Assembly: GCA_963695545.1 (NCBI GenBank)
Contig: OY968796.1
Location: forward strand, 2,048,001-2,112,000
DNA: 64,000 nucleotides
Source: Terriglobia bacterium
GTDB taxonomy: Bacteria; Acidobacteriota; Terriglobia; Acidiferrales; UBA7541
Reading direction: 5' to 3'
The notes under the pieces were generated by a model, which saw only the letters and a list, made by a program, of their open reading frames with translations, ran no database searches and was not told where the DNA came from. Below, piece after piece: positions 9,088 to 19,409 of the stretch. The translations under genes were made by a program, and so were the position numbers. Within the stretch, counting starts at the first letter, position 1; every line of letters begins with the position of its first letter.

Positions 9088-9621
9088 CTACGGTTTGGGT
9101 TGCGCGGCCGGCTCTGGGCTCGCAGGTCCGGTGGGCGAAGCGGACGCGTCCTCCGGCTTTGGCCCGAATGCTTTGTGGATCGAGAAGAGCACCAGGGCCG
9201 CCAGCGCCCCGGCCGGCGCTGCCAGCCACGCCGCTTCGCGTTCGACGATCATCGGCGCGAGCACGAAAAATGACCAAACGCTCGGCATGTTGCCCGGCTG
9301 CCAGAGCATGGCGTCGCCCCAGCGCGCGAAGGCGTAGATTTCAAGCGGCGCCAGCACCGCTCCGGCCGCGGCCCACTGCCAGGCGCGGGCGAAGTGCGCG
9401 ACGATCGCCACGCGCCGCAGCAAAAATCCGCCGATGATCGAATCGAGGAAACCAAATATCAGGCTGAAGAAATATACGGTGAGCAGATTGCTCGCGCCGC
9501 TTGACCCGTGCAGCGGCGAATGGCCGCCGGTCGCGGCGTGGGCCCACACGGCGAGCGCCAGAAAAAAACAGCCGCAAATCCAAGAGGCCAAATAGTAGGC
9601 CAGACTTCCGCTGCGCGTCAT
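9088..9621 (-). CDS. Hypothetical membrane protein (~4 TM)
   Basis: ATG overlaps the thyX stop (ATGA); four hydrophobic segments. Confidence 0.7.
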   Translation of the reverse strand: MTRSGSLAYYLASWICGCFFLALAVWAHAATGGHSPLHGSSGASNLLTVYFFSLIFGFLDSIIGGFLLRRVAIVAHFARAWQWAAAGAVLAPLEIYAFARWGDAMLWQPGNMPSVWSFFVLAPMIVEREAAWLAAPAGALAALVLFSIHKAFGPKPEDASASPTGPASPEPAAQPKP

Positions 9622-11201
9622 ATGCGGCGCTGCGTGTTCGGAAAATCCACCCAGACTTTCACGCCGCAGAAGTGCGAGCCTTCCGTGCAGATCGGCGAAG
9701 CCACTCCCGCGCGCAGCGCGCACGGCGGACCGAGATGCCGCCCCAGCGCCGGCAGCGCCGCCTGCACCTGCGCGATTTCTTCCATCGAGGCTTGGTAAAT
9801 TTCTTCCTGCGCGTTGAAGCAGGTGCGCATGGTCCACTTGTGCAGCAAGTGCAGCAACGAGCCCGATTCGACCAGGCGAATCGAAGTGGCATTCGGCAGC
9901 AGGTAGAGCGCGTATTCCGCGGGAACTCCGCGCGCCATCAATTCATTCTTTGCCGTCCACGCATCGGCCATCGCGCGCTCGAAAATTTCGCGCGCGTGCG
10001 CATTCGCCGCAATCAGCATGGGCACGATGAAGTCGGGCTCATCCGCTCCGGCGAAGGCCAAAATCGGACGCGAGCCGGGCACCATGCGGTGGCGCTGATC
10101 CTGGCTATCGGCCGTGTGGCTAATTTTTTTCGCGAAAGTGAAATGCGCGTGTTGCAGCGCGCGCATCATCGGCGCGTGCACACCGACGTTGAGCGTCTCA
10201 AGGCGATATGGATTGCGCGCGGGATTCAGCAGGCGGTCGAGCGCTTCCGAGTCCGGGCAGTCCGATTCCGTGAGGCCCAGCACGGCGCGATACGCCGCGG
10301 CCACCACGTGCGGCGCTGACGGCGAATAATCCACGAGCTTCGAGGTGCGCCCCGCGAGATCGGCGTCAAATTCGCGCGCGAACGCGCCATCGCCCGCGCG
10401 AGCTGGCGCGATCGCGCTCCACTCGGGCGGCTCGTCCATCGGCTCGGTCTCAAAGCGATCGAAAAATTGCGGATCGACTTCGCGCACGCGCTCCACCATT
10501 TCGCCGATCACGCAGCGCGCCTCGGTCGGCGCGTCCGAAGCCGCGGCCATGCGCCACAGCCGATGCAGCACGATGCCCGAAAGCGTGTGCACCATCGTGG
10601 TGGCCGCAGCCACCGGCAGAACGTAGCGCGCCACTTCAATCGAACGTTTTTCGGCTTGCCGCTCGACTTTGTCAACGCGCTTCGGGTGCGAGATGGAGCT
10701 GAGGTGCCAGATGTCGCCAAGAATCGCGCGCGCGTCATCCACCAGCAACGCGCTCAGGTCGCGATAGCTTTGCCAGGCGCGTTCAACCGCGCGGCGATAA
10801 ATTTCTTCTTCCGCCGCGCCGAAGGCGGGCCCGGAAGCGGGAAGATAGGCCGACGCGTGGTCCAGGCGAACGTAGCGCTGGCTCTGCTGTTCGGAATTGT
10901 AGAAAGGATGCGCGTGCAGAAACGACCACACGAATTGCCGGCTGACGTTCTCCAGGCCAAATTCAAAGTGCGCGTGCTGATAGACGGTGTGATGACCGGC
11001 GAAAAAAGTGGCCGCGCCGATCATCACTCGCTGCTTGTCGGTGATTTCTTCTGCGCCGATCAGTCGCGGCGCGTAGCACGTGCGCGCGGCGGCGATGGCG
11101 GAATCGTAGGGATGTGCGAACCAGTTGCGCAGCGTCACGCGAGGTGTCGCCGCCTCGAACGTTACCGGTGCGACCGCTCGCCGCGTGGACTCGATGGCCA
11201 T
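9618..11201 (-). CDS. thyX: FAD-dependent thymidylate synthase, tandem-domain form
   Basis: Domain 1 GHHTVYQH, NVSR, QQSQRYV, ARYVLP; domain 2 SQDQRHR, ALYLLPNA, AQEEI; 527 aa. Confidence 0.85.
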   Translation of the reverse strand: MAIESTRRAVAPVTFEAATPRVTLRNWFAHPYDSAIAAARTCYAPRLIGAEEITDKQRVMIGAATFFAGHHTVYQHAHFEFGLENVSRQFVWSFLHAHPFYNSEQQSQRYVRLDHASAYLPASGPAFGAAEEEIYRRAVERAWQSYRDLSALLVDDARAILGDIWHLSSISHPKRVDKVERQAEKRSIEVARYVLPVAAATTMVHTLSGIVLHRLWRMAAASDAPTEARCVIGEMVERVREVDPQFFDRFETEPMDEPPEWSAIAPARAGDGAFAREFDADLAGRTSKLVDYSPSAPHVVAAAYRAVLGLTESDCPDSEALDRLLNPARNPYRLETLNVGVHAPMMRALQHAHFTFAKKISHTADSQDQRHRMVPGSRPILAFAGADEPDFIVPMLIAANAHAREIFERAMADAWTAKNELMARGVPAEYALYLLPNATSIRLVESGSLLHLLHKWTMRTCFNAQEEIYQASMEEIAQVQAALPALGRHLGPPCALRAGVASPICTEGSHFCGVKVWVDFPNTQRRI

Positions 11202-11291
11202 GGCCCGTTCGGCATTCTACACCGGGCAAGCTCGGGCGCGGGTCCTACTTACTTAGTGTCCGCCAAATTTTTTGCGCAGGGAACGACGCGC

Positions 11292-11537
11292 TTATTTTTT
11301 CTTGGCGTCGGCGGCGGCCTTCACGGCTTCCGCGGCCTTTGCGTATTTGCGGGTGAAGCGTTCGACGCGCCCGGCCGTATCCAGCAGCTTTTGCGTGCCG
11401 GTGAAAAACGGATGGCAGCTTGAGCAGATTTCGACTTTCAGCAAATCGCCCTTGATCGTCGAGCGCGTCTTGAATGTCGCGGCGCAGGCGCAGTGCACGG
11501 TCACTTCGTGGTAGTCGGGATGAATGCCGGGTTTCAT
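11292..11537 (-). CDS. rpmE: 50S ribosomal protein L31 (Zn-binding type)
   Basis: [29 protein letters not shown]. Confidence 0.97.
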   Translation of the reverse strand: MKPGIHPDYHEVTVHCACAATFKTRSTIKGDLLKVEICSSCHPFFTGTQKLLDTAGRVERFTRKYAKAAEAVKAAADAKKK

Positions 11538-11821
11538 GGGGAGTGCTCCTATGTGCGGGCCGGTCTGCACGGCGTCCGATTAGGTCGGCACAGCCGCGTC
11601 GCTAGGTCCGCTGACAATCGTTAAGCTTACGCGAAACTTGAGCGCTTGCCAATTAGATAGGTTCAGGACAGCTTTGGATTCTGTTTATGACTTCCTCGAG
11701 GCGCCAATTCACAACCGGGCCAAGACCGGCGTTCCACTCAAAGCTCAAAAACCATTCCGAGCGCGCCGAACGCGCCTTGAATCCGCTAAAATAAAGGTTT
11801 CGCGCGATTCTCAGGAGGATC

Positions 11822-12511
11822 GTGATGCCGCACGGCGCAGGCTCGTTCGCGCAAATTCGCGCGCTGGTGTTCGATCTCGATGGCACGCTGATCGATTCTA
11901 AGCTCGATCTGGCGCTCGCCGTGAACGCCACGCTGGCCGCGGCGGGGCGCGCGGAGCTGCCGCACGAGCGCGTTTTCAGCTACGTTGGGCAAGGGGCGAT
12001 GCGCTTGGTGGAAAGGGCCCTGGGCGATGGCGCGTCCGTGGAAGAAATCGAAGGCGCGCATGATTTTTTTCTTTCCTACTATCGCGCGCACATGCTGGAC
12101 AACACCGTGCTTTATCCCGGCGTGCGCGAGTGTCTCGAAGCGCTCGGGGATCGGCCCATGGCCGTGCTCACCAACAAGCCCTGGCGCTTCAGCCGAGAAA
12201 TTCTCGAAGGTCTGGGCATCGCGCGATACTTCAAGGAAATTTATGGCGGTAACAGTTTTGAAACGAAAAAGCCCGATCCCTTCGGCATGCTCGCGATTCT
12301 CGAAAAATTCGGAATCGCACCGAACCACGCGATGCTGGTGGGTGATTCCGACGTGGACGTGCAGACCGCCCGCAACTCCGGCTCGTGGGCCTGCGGCGTC
12401 AGCTACGGATTCGGCGCTGAGAGTTTGAAAGGTTGTCCGCCCGACATTCTGCTCGATAGCCTGGCCGAGCTGCCCGCATATCTCGATGATCCGGCCGAGC
12501 AGGGCGGTTAG
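11822..12511 (+). CDS. HAD hydrolase, phosphoglycolate phosphatase-like
   Basis: FDLDGTLIDS, TNK, KKPDP, VGDSDVD motifs I-IV. Confidence 0.9.
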   Translation: MMPHGAGSFAQIRALVFDLDGTLIDSKLDLALAVNATLAAAGRAELPHERVFSYVGQGAMRLVERALGDGASVEEIEGAHDFFLSYYRAHMLDNTVLYPGVRECLEALGDRPMAVLTNKPWRFSREILEGLGIARYFKEIYGGNSFETKKPDPFGMLAILEKFGIAPNHAMLVGDSDVDVQTARNSGSWACGVSYGFGAESLKGCPPDILLDSLAELPAYLDDPAEQGG

Positions 12512-13455
12512 GGCGTGCCGGTCTGGCCCTGGGCCGCGAACCACTCCCACGTTCGGCGCAGTCCTTCCTCAAATCCGACCGTCGGCTCGTATCCGAGTTG
12601 CTGCCGCGCCAGCTCAATGTCCGCCTGCGAATCGCGAATGTCGCCCGCTCGCGGCGGCCCGTACTGCGCGCGCGCGGGTCGGTCCGAGATTTTTTCGAGC
12701 AGCTTCAGCGTCTGATTGAGTGTGTAGCGATTCCCCGTGCCCACGTTGAAGGCCAAGCCCGAGGCTGCCGAAGCTTCGCAGGCGCGGAGATTCGCCTGCA
12801 CGACATTCTCGACGTAGGTGAAATCGCGCGATTGTTCTCCATCGCCGTAGACGATCGCGGGCTTGCCGTCGCGCAGCGCCGCGCAAAACAGAGACAGCAC
12901 GCCGGAATACGGCGAGCCGGGGTCCTGCCTCGGTCCGAACACGTTGAAGTAGCGCAGCGACACCGTTTCAAGACCGTAGCTTCGCGTGAAAACCTGCGCG
13001 TAGAGTTCCGTCGTCAATTTCGAGGCGCCGTAAGGGGAGATCGGCGCCGTCACCATCGATTCGGATTTCGGCAACGTCGGCGATTCGCCGTACACGGCAG
13101 ACGAGCTCGCCAGAACCACGCGCGAAACTTGCGCATCGCGCGCGGCCACCAGCACATTCAGCGTGCCATCCACATTGATGCGATTGGTCTTGATCGGATC
13201 TTTCACGGAGCGCGGCACGGAAACGCGAGCCGCGAGATGAATCACGAAATTCGCTCCGCGGAATGCTTCGCGTGCCGACTCGAGGTCGGCGACGCTGCCT
13301 TTGCGCAATTCGACGGCGCCGCCGATTTTCGCCAGGTTTTCCTGATGACCCGAAGAGAAATCGTCGAACACCACGACGCTGTGGCCGCGCCGGATCAATT
13401 CCTGCACGGTATGCGAGCCGATGAAGCCTGCTCCGCCGGTCACTACATAACGCAT
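12508..13455 (-). CDS. NAD-dependent nucleotide-sugar epimerase (extended SDR, WbpP-like)
   Basis: TGGAGFIG, SSSAVYG, YGASK, RYFNVFGPRQ, QSRDFTYV. Confidence 0.93.
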   Translation of the reverse strand: MRYVVTGGAGFIGSHTVQELIRRGHSVVVFDDFSSGHQENLAKIGGAVELRKGSVADLESAREAFRGANFVIHLAARVSVPRSVKDPIKTNRINVDGTLNVLVAARDAQVSRVVLASSSAVYGESPTLPKSESMVTAPISPYGASKLTTELYAQVFTRSYGLETVSLRYFNVFGPRQDPGSPYSGVLSLFCAALRDGKPAIVYGDGEQSRDFTYVENVVQANLRACEASAASGLAFNVGTGNRYTLNQTLKLLEKISDRPARAQYGPPRAGDIRDSQADIELARQQLGYEPTVGFEEGLRRTWEWFAAQGQTGTP

Positions 13456-13644
13456 CGCGCAACTCCCGATTTACGCTGGTCCGAAATTTTTCCGGGCAAC
13501 GAGCGTTTCATCTCACGCACGTCGCGCCGCGAACACCTGAGAGGTCTCGTGCCGCGTTCTGGTACGCTTCACTATAGCGCGGCGAAAGCTCCGCGAGTCG
13601 CGCGCCACGCGGCGCGTTGCGAAAACATCAGGATCGCGCGGAGG

Positions 13645-14481
13645 ATGATCGTTCGCCCCGACATCATGCTCAGGAAATCCGTCAACGCGAACGCGGGATA
13701 CTTGCTGGCGCTGCTGCTGTTGTGGCCGGCGCAAATTCCCGCCGCACCACGGCAGACTCGCCCAAAGCAGATCAGCACGAAAACCAAAACCGCTGCCCAG
13801 CCGCCCGACGCGCCGGTTCCTTTTGCGGTCGGTGAGACGCTCCAGTACCAGGTTCTTTGGACGCAATATCACGTGCATGCCGCGACGCTCGCGTTCTCCG
13901 TTGTCGAGAAACGCGATTTTTTCGGTCGCGCGGCGTGGCACTTCCGCATTGTGGTGCACACCATCGATACCATGGGAACCGTTTATCCCCTCAACGACCA
14001 GTTCGATTCCTATTCGGATGCCGCGAAGCTTGTGAGTTTGCAGTACGAAATGTATTTGCGCGAAATGGGCACAGTGGAGAATACCGTCGATCACATGTCG
14101 GACGCTGGAACGCCCGCGCCGGCCGGCGTGCACGTCTCGCAGGTTCCACCGGGCACGCGCGACGCAGTCGGCTTTCTTTATGCGCTCCGCGCCAACGACT
14201 GGCAGCGCACGCCGGAGTTCGATGCGCCGGTCTTTGACGCGCACAATCTTTACGATGTTCACGCGCGACTCGAATCGGCGACCGATACCGTGCAGGTTCC
14301 GGCCGGGCAGCTTGCGGCGACGCGAATCGCCGTGAACGTCTTCGCGAACGGAAAGGCAAGGCAGGACATCAGCTTCCATGTGTGGCTCGGCCATGACGCC
14401 GCGCGCACGCCTCTTCTGATCGTGGCCGAAGTTCCGATTGGCAACGCGCGCGTCGAATTGTTGACTTTGCCGAAGCGCTGA
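13645..14481 (+). CDS. Exported protein, DUF3108-like
   Basis: Signal peptide; PFAVGETLQY...TVQVPAG...VWLGHDAARTPL pattern; start uncertain (13645 or 13666). Confidence 0.7.
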   Translation: MIVRPDIMLRKSVNANAGYLLALLLLWPAQIPAAPRQTRPKQISTKTKTAAQPPDAPVPFAVGETLQYQVLWTQYHVHAATLAFSVVEKRDFFGRAAWHFRIVVHTIDTMGTVYPLNDQFDSYSDAAKLVSLQYEMYLREMGTVENTVDHMSDAGTPAPAGVHVSQVPPGTRDAVGFLYALRANDWQRTPEFDAPVFDAHNLYDVHARLESATDTVQVPAGQLAATRIAVNVFANGKARQDISFHVWLGHDAARTPLLIVAEVPIGNARVELLTLPKR

Positions 14482-14536
14482 TCGGCGATGAGCACCGAGG
14501 TTTGCGACGAGTATGACTGCGGTGAAGTCCGGGATA

Positions 14537-14923
14537 TTACCGAGTGCGAGGCTTGCGATCAACTGCATCCGGCGAGGCCGCCGGCTCCGGCGGAAAACTG
14601 ATGTGCCAGAAGTCCGGCGCGGATTCGAGGAATTCGAGGCCGACCTGAATTTTTCCGGAGGACACCGGCCCGAGGTAAACCACGCGGCAGGCTTGTTCTT
14701 GCTGCGTTGTGCGGTTTACGATGCGCAGAGTCTGTCCTTCTTTCATGGTTGCCGCGAGCGCGAGCAACGCGCCGTGCGCGTTGAGAACCAGACTTGCGGT
14801 AGTTTCTTCGACTTCCTTGCCGTCCGGGCCCTTCCACTTCACGGTGACCGGGATGCTCATGACCACGCGCTGACTTCTGCGGCGGGCAGCGGCGGGATCG
14901 TGTGAGAAGCTTGGTTTTTTCAT
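14537..14923 (-). CDS. Stand-alone PilZ-like protein
   Basis: RRRSQR, VLNAHG, VGLEF. Confidence 0.75.
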   Translation of the reverse strand: MKKPSFSHDPAAARRRSQRVVMSIPVTVKWKGPDGKEVEETTASLVLNAHGALLALAATMKEGQTLRIVNRTTQQEQACRVVYLGPVSSGKIQVGLEFLESAPDFWHISFPPEPAASPDAVDRKPRTR

Positions 14924-15038
14924 CGGAACACCGTAAGTTACCGTAAAGCGTCCGCGTCGATGCGGCAAGCGGTCACAGCAAGAATTCTCTCAATCAGTAA
15001 CCCTTTGCGACTGTTGCTCACTTGCAGCGCGCGGCGTT

Positions 15039-16388
15039 TCAGCACAGTACAATTTTTTGGCGGTGGCGCGTCACGCGGCGCGTGGCATTGCGCGCGTCCA
15101 CGACCAACTGCGCCGACTCGACGATCCCACTGTAGTCGTACACCGAGTGGTCCGTGGCGATGAGCACGCAGTCGTAGCTGGCGAGCACGCCTGCGTCGAG
15201 CTTCACCGAGCGTTTTCCTGTGTAATCGTAGTGCCGCATCTTGTGCAGCTCGGGGAAATACGGGTCGTTGTAATCGGTCTTCGCGCCCCGCCCTCCAAGC
15301 AACTCCATGATTTTCAGCGAGGGGGATTCCCGCAGATCGTCGACGTCTTTTTTATACGCGACTCCCAGCACCAGGATGCGCGCGCCCTTCAGCGTCTTGC
15401 CGCGGTCCTTCAGCGCCGCAGCCATGGCGTCCACCACGTGATCCGGCATCGCCGTGTTGATCTCACCAGCCAGCTCGATGAAGCGCGTCGAAAAATCGTA
15501 TTCCCGCGCTTTCCACGCGAGGTAGAACGGATCGACCGGAATGCAATGCCCGCCGAGCCCAGGTCCGGGAAAAAACGGCATAAATCCGAATGGCTTGGTG
15601 GCCGCCGCGTCAATCACTTCCCAGACGTCCATGCCCATTTTCTGGCACAGCAACTTCAGTTCGTTCACCAGCGCGATATTCACGCAGCGGAAAATATTTT
15701 CGAGCAGCTTGGTCATCTCGGCGGCCCGCGTCGAACTCACCGCCACCACGCGAGTGACGATTTGTCCGTAGAGCGCCTGCGCCGCGCGGCTGCTCGCGGC
15801 GTTGACGCCGCCCACTACTTTCGGAATTTGCGCCAAACCGAAATTTTTGTTGCCGGGATCTTCCCGTTCGGGCGAATACGCCAGAAAGAAGTCCGGACCT
15901 TTTCCCCCGTCCTCGGCGTCCGGCGGACACCGCAGGCCGGTCTCGGTCAGAATCGGCAGCACAAGTTCTTCGGTGGTTCCAGGGTAGGTCGTCGATTCCA
16001 GCACCACCAGCTGGCCGCGCGTCAGGGTCGCCGCGATGGCTCGCGTCGTCTGCTCAACGTATTGCAGGTCCGGCTCGCGCCGCTCGTCGAGGGGAGTCGG
16101 CACGCAGATCATGATCGCGTCCATCCGGGCGAGTTCGCCAAAATCCGACGTGGCCCCGAAATGCCGCGACCTCACGTACTGCTGAATTTTCACCGTGGGC
16201 ACGTGGCCGATGTAGCTGTGTCCGCGATTGAGCGCGTCGACTTTTTTCTGATCCAAATCGAAACCGGTCACGCGATGGCCCACTTCGGCGAATCGCAGCC
16301 CGAGTGGCAGACCGACGTAGCCGCAACCGACCACGCCGACGCGCAGCTGCGCCCCTTTGAAAAATTCCGGCTTGCGGTCTACGGCCAT
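15039..16388 (-). CDS. UDP-sugar 6-dehydrogenase (WbpA/WecC type)
   Basis: GCGYVG, ESTTYPG, SPEREDPG, GGHCIPVDP, DLRESP. Confidence 0.95.
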   Translation of the reverse strand: MAVDRKPEFFKGAQLRVGVVGCGYVGLPLGLRFAEVGHRVTGFDLDQKKVDALNRGHSYIGHVPTVKIQQYVRSRHFGATSDFGELARMDAIMICVPTPLDERREPDLQYVEQTTRAIAATLTRGQLVVLESTTYPGTTEELVLPILTETGLRCPPDAEDGGKGPDFFLAYSPEREDPGNKNFGLAQIPKVVGGVNAASSRAAQALYGQIVTRVVAVSSTRAAEMTKLLENIFRCVNIALVNELKLLCQKMGMDVWEVIDAAATKPFGFMPFFPGPGLGGHCIPVDPFYLAWKAREYDFSTRFIELAGEINTAMPDHVVDAMAAALKDRGKTLKGARILVLGVAYKKDVDDLRESPSLKIMELLGGRGAKTDYNDPYFPELHKMRHYDYTGKRSVKLDAGVLASYDCVLIATDHSVYDYSGIVESAQLVVDARNATRRVTRHRQKIVLC

Positions 16389-16517
16389 GGCAGAGTTTTA
16401 TCTTTCATCCGGCGGACTCGTGACTATAGCAATTTCCATCGTGCGTCCAAAGCGGGTGCGGGCCCATCGCCTCGCGCCATCTATCAGGGCTGGGACAATA
16501 AGCTAGCGGTGCCGGGA

Positions 16518-17309
16518 TCAGGGCGTCCCGCTGTGCTTCTGGAAGCACAGCAGTATCAAATCGGCCCGGCGCCGCACACCGAACTTGCTGAGAAGATTGG
16601 ATACGTGGAATTTAACCGTGCGCTCGGAAATATTCAAATGGTTCGCGATTTCTTTGTTGGCCTGGTTTTCGAGCAGGGCGTCCAGCACTTCCTGTTCGCG
16701 ACGACTCAGATCGCTGTAGCCTTCCGCCTTGATGCGCCGGCTCGCGGCCCCGCTCAGAACCGATTCCACAAAGCCGGCCAGCACCGCGCGCGGCACCCAA
16801 TAGCCTCCGAATTGCGCTTGCGATACGGCATGCGCCAATTGGTCTCGAGCTTCGGAGTAAGTCAACAGGCCCTTGGCTCCCAGGCGCAGCAGCGAGTGGC
16901 CTTCCTGCGCGCTGAATTTTTCGGCCACGACGAGGACGCGCGCGGTCGGGTATTTTTCAAGAATGTTCGCGAGCAGTGCGCCCGTCGCGGGGCGCGCCAT
17001 GTTGGCGTCCACGACGTACACGAGAGCCCGCGGCATGGTCAGCTTCCTGAGATCGGGTCCGAGCGTGGATTCGAGCGTTCGGGAGATCAGGCGGAATTCC
17101 GGACCGGCGAGCACTCGCTCAAATTCCGAGAGCACCAGCGGGTGCGATGAGAGCAAGCACACCGGCACCGTTCGCACGCGAGGTGATTGGGCCACGTTTT
17201 CGAGGGTATACGAATCGCTGGGGACGGGCAAGGAAACCCCGACGAGCGTAGTGACAATCAGGTAACGCGGTTGCGCGCGCGATTTAGCCCCTGTTGTCCG
17301 TTGGGACAA
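16518..17309 (-). CDS. LuxR/NarL-type regulator with degenerate receiver domain
   Basis: LSRREQEVL...NKEIA..LNISERTVKFHVSN HTH; acidic pocket reads LLSSHPLV instead of DDH; start uncertain. Confidence 0.85.
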   Translation of the reverse strand: MSQRTTGAKSRAQPRYLIVTTLVGVSLPVPSDSYTLENVAQSPRVRTVPVCLLSSHPLVLSEFERVLAGPEFRLISRTLESTLGPDLRKLTMPRALVYVVDANMARPATGALLANILEKYPTARVLVVAEKFSAQEGHSLLRLGAKGLLTYSEARDQLAHAVSQAQFGGYWVPRAVLAGFVESVLSGAASRRIKAEGYSDLSRREQEVLDALLENQANKEIANHLNISERTVKFHVSNLLSKFGVRRRADLILLCFQKHSGTP

Positions 17310-17361
17310 TGGGATTCTCGGCGCCCCGCATCCTCTCGCGGCTTTCCGGCAAAATCTCAGG

Positions 17362-17682
17362 ATGACCTCAGTCTCTCGACCGCGACGCTACCCGCGCCTG
17401 GGCCTGCCGAAGGGCATGCTTGTCGCCTGGCAGTGCGGCGGTCAAAGAACGGTTTCTCGCGTCGCCACGCTCGCGCTAGGGGGAATTTTCATCACTACCA
17501 AGAATCCTGCGTCGGTCGGAGAAGTCTTGAGGCTGATTTTCGACGTACCGGCAGGCGAGGTTCGTGCTCGCGCCGTGGTGCGGGATTCGCAGCCGGGCCG
17601 GGGCATGGGAGTTGAGTTTACTGCGATGTCCTCAGAAGCGCGGGCGCGCCTGGATCGCGTGCTGCGCCGCCTATTGAAATAA
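17362..17682 (+). CDS. Stand-alone PilZ protein
   Basis: RRYPR, LALGG, GMGVEF. Confidence 0.8.
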   Translation: MTSVSRPRRYPRLGLPKGMLVAWQCGGQRTVSRVATLALGGIFITTKNPASVGEVLRLIFDVPAGEVRARAVVRDSQPGRGMGVEFTAMSSEARARLDRVLRRLLK

Positions 17683-18024
17683 ACGGTTCATTCTGCTGTC
17701 CCCGATCGATGACAGCCATGGCAGCCACGAGTTGACCGCCAGATGTCCGCCCACGGTCGATCAGGCTACATGGCTGCTCATAAGCGGAAATCGATTTCCT
17801 ACGATTCCCGCCGCGCTGCATGCTGCGCAACACGCCCAGCACGGGAGTCTCTATGTCTTTTTCATTAAGTCGTTTACGGAGGGTTTGCGCGCGCGGGAAT
17901 ATCCACAGCCGGAAGGCGCCGCGCCGCCGCTGGCTATAAAAGTGCACTATCAATTAACGCACAGGGGAAGTTGGCCTCCACACCTAAAGGGCAAATGCTG
18001 GGGAAACGGTAGCTCGGCACACAT

Positions 18025-19104
18025 ATGGCTGAAGCCGGCGTCGCACGAAGTGCATACGCACCGCGGAACGAGCAACTGCCCCCCGAACGAATCATCTTCG
18101 GGCGGTCGGCGGCGATGCTCGCCATACGACAAAAGATCGAACGAATCGCTTTGACCGGCGTTCCGGTGCTTATTCAAGGCGACAGCGGAACCGGCAAAGG
18201 AGTTCTGGCGCGCTACATTCACGAGCGATCGGGCGCGGCGCCGCGGCCGTTTATCAAAGTGAATTGCGCGGCGATTCCCGGCTCGCTGCTTGAAAGCGAG
18301 CTGTTCGGCTACGAAAAAGGCGCGTTCACCGGAGCATATGCCACCAAGCCGGGCCGCGCGGAGCAAGCCGAGGGTGGCACGCTTTTTCTAGACGGCATCG
18401 ATGAGATCGACCGCTCGCTGCAAGCCAAGCTTTTGCAACTACTGCAAGACGGGCAATTTTCACGTATCGGTGGGCAAGAAGACCGGCACGTAAACGTGCG
18501 CGCACTGTGCGCAACGCATCGCGCTCTGGAGCGCGAAATCGAAGCCGGTCGCTTCCGCCAAGACTTGTTTTACCGCATCAACGTGGTCAACCTGCACTTG
18601 CCGCCGCTTCGTTCGCGCCGCGAAGACATTCTCGATCTAGCGCACTATTTCCTGGAGCTACATCAGCGCCGCCACAACACCCTGGCGCGCGCGTTTTCCG
18701 GCACGATGCTGCAACTTCTCGCGAGACATCCCTGGCCGGGCAACATCCGCGAGCTTGAAAACCTGGTCGAACGCTACGTCATCCTCGGTTCGGAGGACGC
18801 CGTGACCACCGAACTGCTCCACTGGGAGCAGACTCATCTATCGTCGGAATTGCCTACCGATGGGCCGATTCATTTGAAGAAGATCACGCGCCAGGCCGTA
18901 CGCGATCTGGAAAAGAAAATCATTCTGCGCGTGCTGGAAGCCAACCGATGGAATCGCAAGCGCGCCGCGGTTGAGCTGAAAATCAGTTATCGAGCGTTGC
19001 TCTATAAGATCCGCCAAGCCGGCCTTCCACCGAAACGCTCCCTGCGGCACAAGGAAGAACCCGGGCTGGATTCGGCGGTGGACGCAAGGAATCGCGCGCT
19101 ATAA
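18025..19104 (+). CDS. Sigma54 enhancer-binding protein without receiver domain
   Basis: GDSGTGK, ESELFG, GAFTGA, WPGNIREL, C-terminal HTH; Walker B reads LFLDG. Confidence 0.92.
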   Translation: MAEAGVARSAYAPRNEQLPPERIIFGRSAAMLAIRQKIERIALTGVPVLIQGDSGTGKGVLARYIHERSGAAPRPFIKVNCAAIPGSLLESELFGYEKGAFTGAYATKPGRAEQAEGGTLFLDGIDEIDRSLQAKLLQLLQDGQFSRIGGQEDRHVNVRALCATHRALEREIEAGRFRQDLFYRINVVNLHLPPLRSRREDILDLAHYFLELHQRRHNTLARAFSGTMLQLLARHPWPGNIRELENLVERYVILGSEDAVTTELLHWEQTHLSSELPTDGPIHLKKITRQAVRDLEKKIILRVLEANRWNRKRAAVELKISYRALLYKIRQAGLPPKRSLRHKEEPGLDSAVDARNRAL

Positions 19105-19409
19105 CTCGCAGTGTTCGTGAGCCGTTCGCCGCGCGGATTGCCTCGGCTCGCCCGTAATAAGCCCAACTAAAACATAAGCTTGCGTCCGCCAGGGGTGATT
19201 CCTTCGCATGGTAAATGTTTGCCACATAGTGTAATCGCTTTGGAGTCAAGTAGTACCTGGTTCGACGATTTCTGGTTGGGCCCAAGATGTCCGTAAATGC
19301 ATGTAAAAAAGGAACTTGTCCGGGCCGCGGCGCGTCGTTTGGATCATTTTCGATAACGGTCACGGCCTTGCTCCTATGGTTCCGCTCGTAGACTGACCAC
19401 GAGACCACC

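Noticed and set aside
15057..17150. 697-aa plus-strand ORF (also 12598-13644, 54599-56230, 62296-63963)
   Set aside because: Antisense shadows of well-supported genes, typical of high-GC DNA; no motifs.
17950..18024. c-di-GMP-I riboswitch (also considered 27890-27960 minus)
   Set aside because: Only fragments (GGCAAA, GAAA, GACGCAAGGC) match; I could not fold the two-hairpin core.
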